From positions 8,679,256 to 8,743,255 of the forward strand of contig NC_085842.1 of the NCBI RefSeq assembly GCF_035594765.1: DNA of 64,000 nt. Direction: 5' to 3'. Shown one piece after another: positions 63,471-64,000 of the stretch; the stretch's first letter is position 1, and each line of letters opens with the position of its first letter. A program made the translations under genes and the position numbers. The notes under the pieces were generated by a model that saw only the letters and a list, made by a program, of their open reading frames with translations, did not search any database and had not been told where the DNA came from. This stretch comes from Anolis carolinensis (lineage: Eukaryota).

Positions 63471-63974
63471 AAATCCAGAACAGAATGATGATGTTTGTGC
63501 CATGGCTGAAGGGGTAGGAGGGAAGCCACCAAGTTCACTGCACCCACTACAGGCCCCTCTTTAGCCCTGGGAGCCCATTTGCAAGGATTGTATTGAGCAT
63601 CACCTGCCCGCTGAGCTGAAACTATCATCTGGGGAGTCCCAGGGTTGTTTCCTAAGCAGCACATTATATACCTTGTGCCACGACGACAATGATGATGCTA
63701 TAACTCTGTAAATTGCAAGGCTGGGCCTTTGCCTTCTGAAACCCTTTGGCCTTCACCGACTTGTGACCATCCCCTTTGACCCCTGGTGTTGTGAGATTGG
63801 GCACTGAAGGTCAAAGGTGCCTGGCCTCACACGGAAGAGGCACCGGAGGAGGGCAAAGAGGCTTGCAGGAGACCTGCAGAGGGAAATGGAGGGGCAAGTG
63901 GGGATTTAAACTGTTGGAGTATGGTTGTATTTGTATGAAATGTAAATCAAGTGTTTACTGCTGATGAGCTAGAG

Positions 63975-64000
63975 CAGGGGTCCCCAAACGTTTGAAGCAG
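63975..64000. mobile_element. Start of another hAT MITE, cut by the window end
   Basis: CAGGGGTCCCCAAAC, same TIR as at 54308. Confidence 0.7.

Overview
Vertebrate (squamate, most likely Anolis lizard, judged from the repeat families) C2H2 zinc-finger gene cluster, not prokaryotic DNA. The window holds a ~33-kb tandem duplication of a gene pair. Genes A1 (328-8246) and A2 (33428-39037) are + strand SCAN-KRAB(A)-C2H2 genes with 5 and 10 intact fingers. Genes B1 (14922-16655) and B2 (50327-52561) are - strand genes with 19 and 26 intact fingers and no visible effector domain. B1 and A2 sit head-to-head around a CpG-island promoter (~32.1-33.1 kb). The region is dense in transposons: two young full-length CR1 LINEs (one with both ORFs intact), a near-complete L2, a Copia LTR element with a half-tRNA-Met primer site, R4/Dong, Vingi-like, BovB and Gypsy fragments, Sauria and L2-tailed SINEs, hAT and Tc1/mariner MITEs, and two Helitrons. 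Top observations: (1) a 2.46-kb Helitron carrying what looks like a captured CpG-island promoter plus first exon, in sense orientation upstream of B1; (2) a SINE inserted into, and duplicating, a splice donor of A1; (3) independent +1 and -2 frameshifts at the same linker that remove the same terminal finger in B1 and B2; (4) a fingers-only gene paired on a bidirectional promoter with a SCAN-KRAB gene. All exon models and family names come from reading the sequence by eye; no searches were run.
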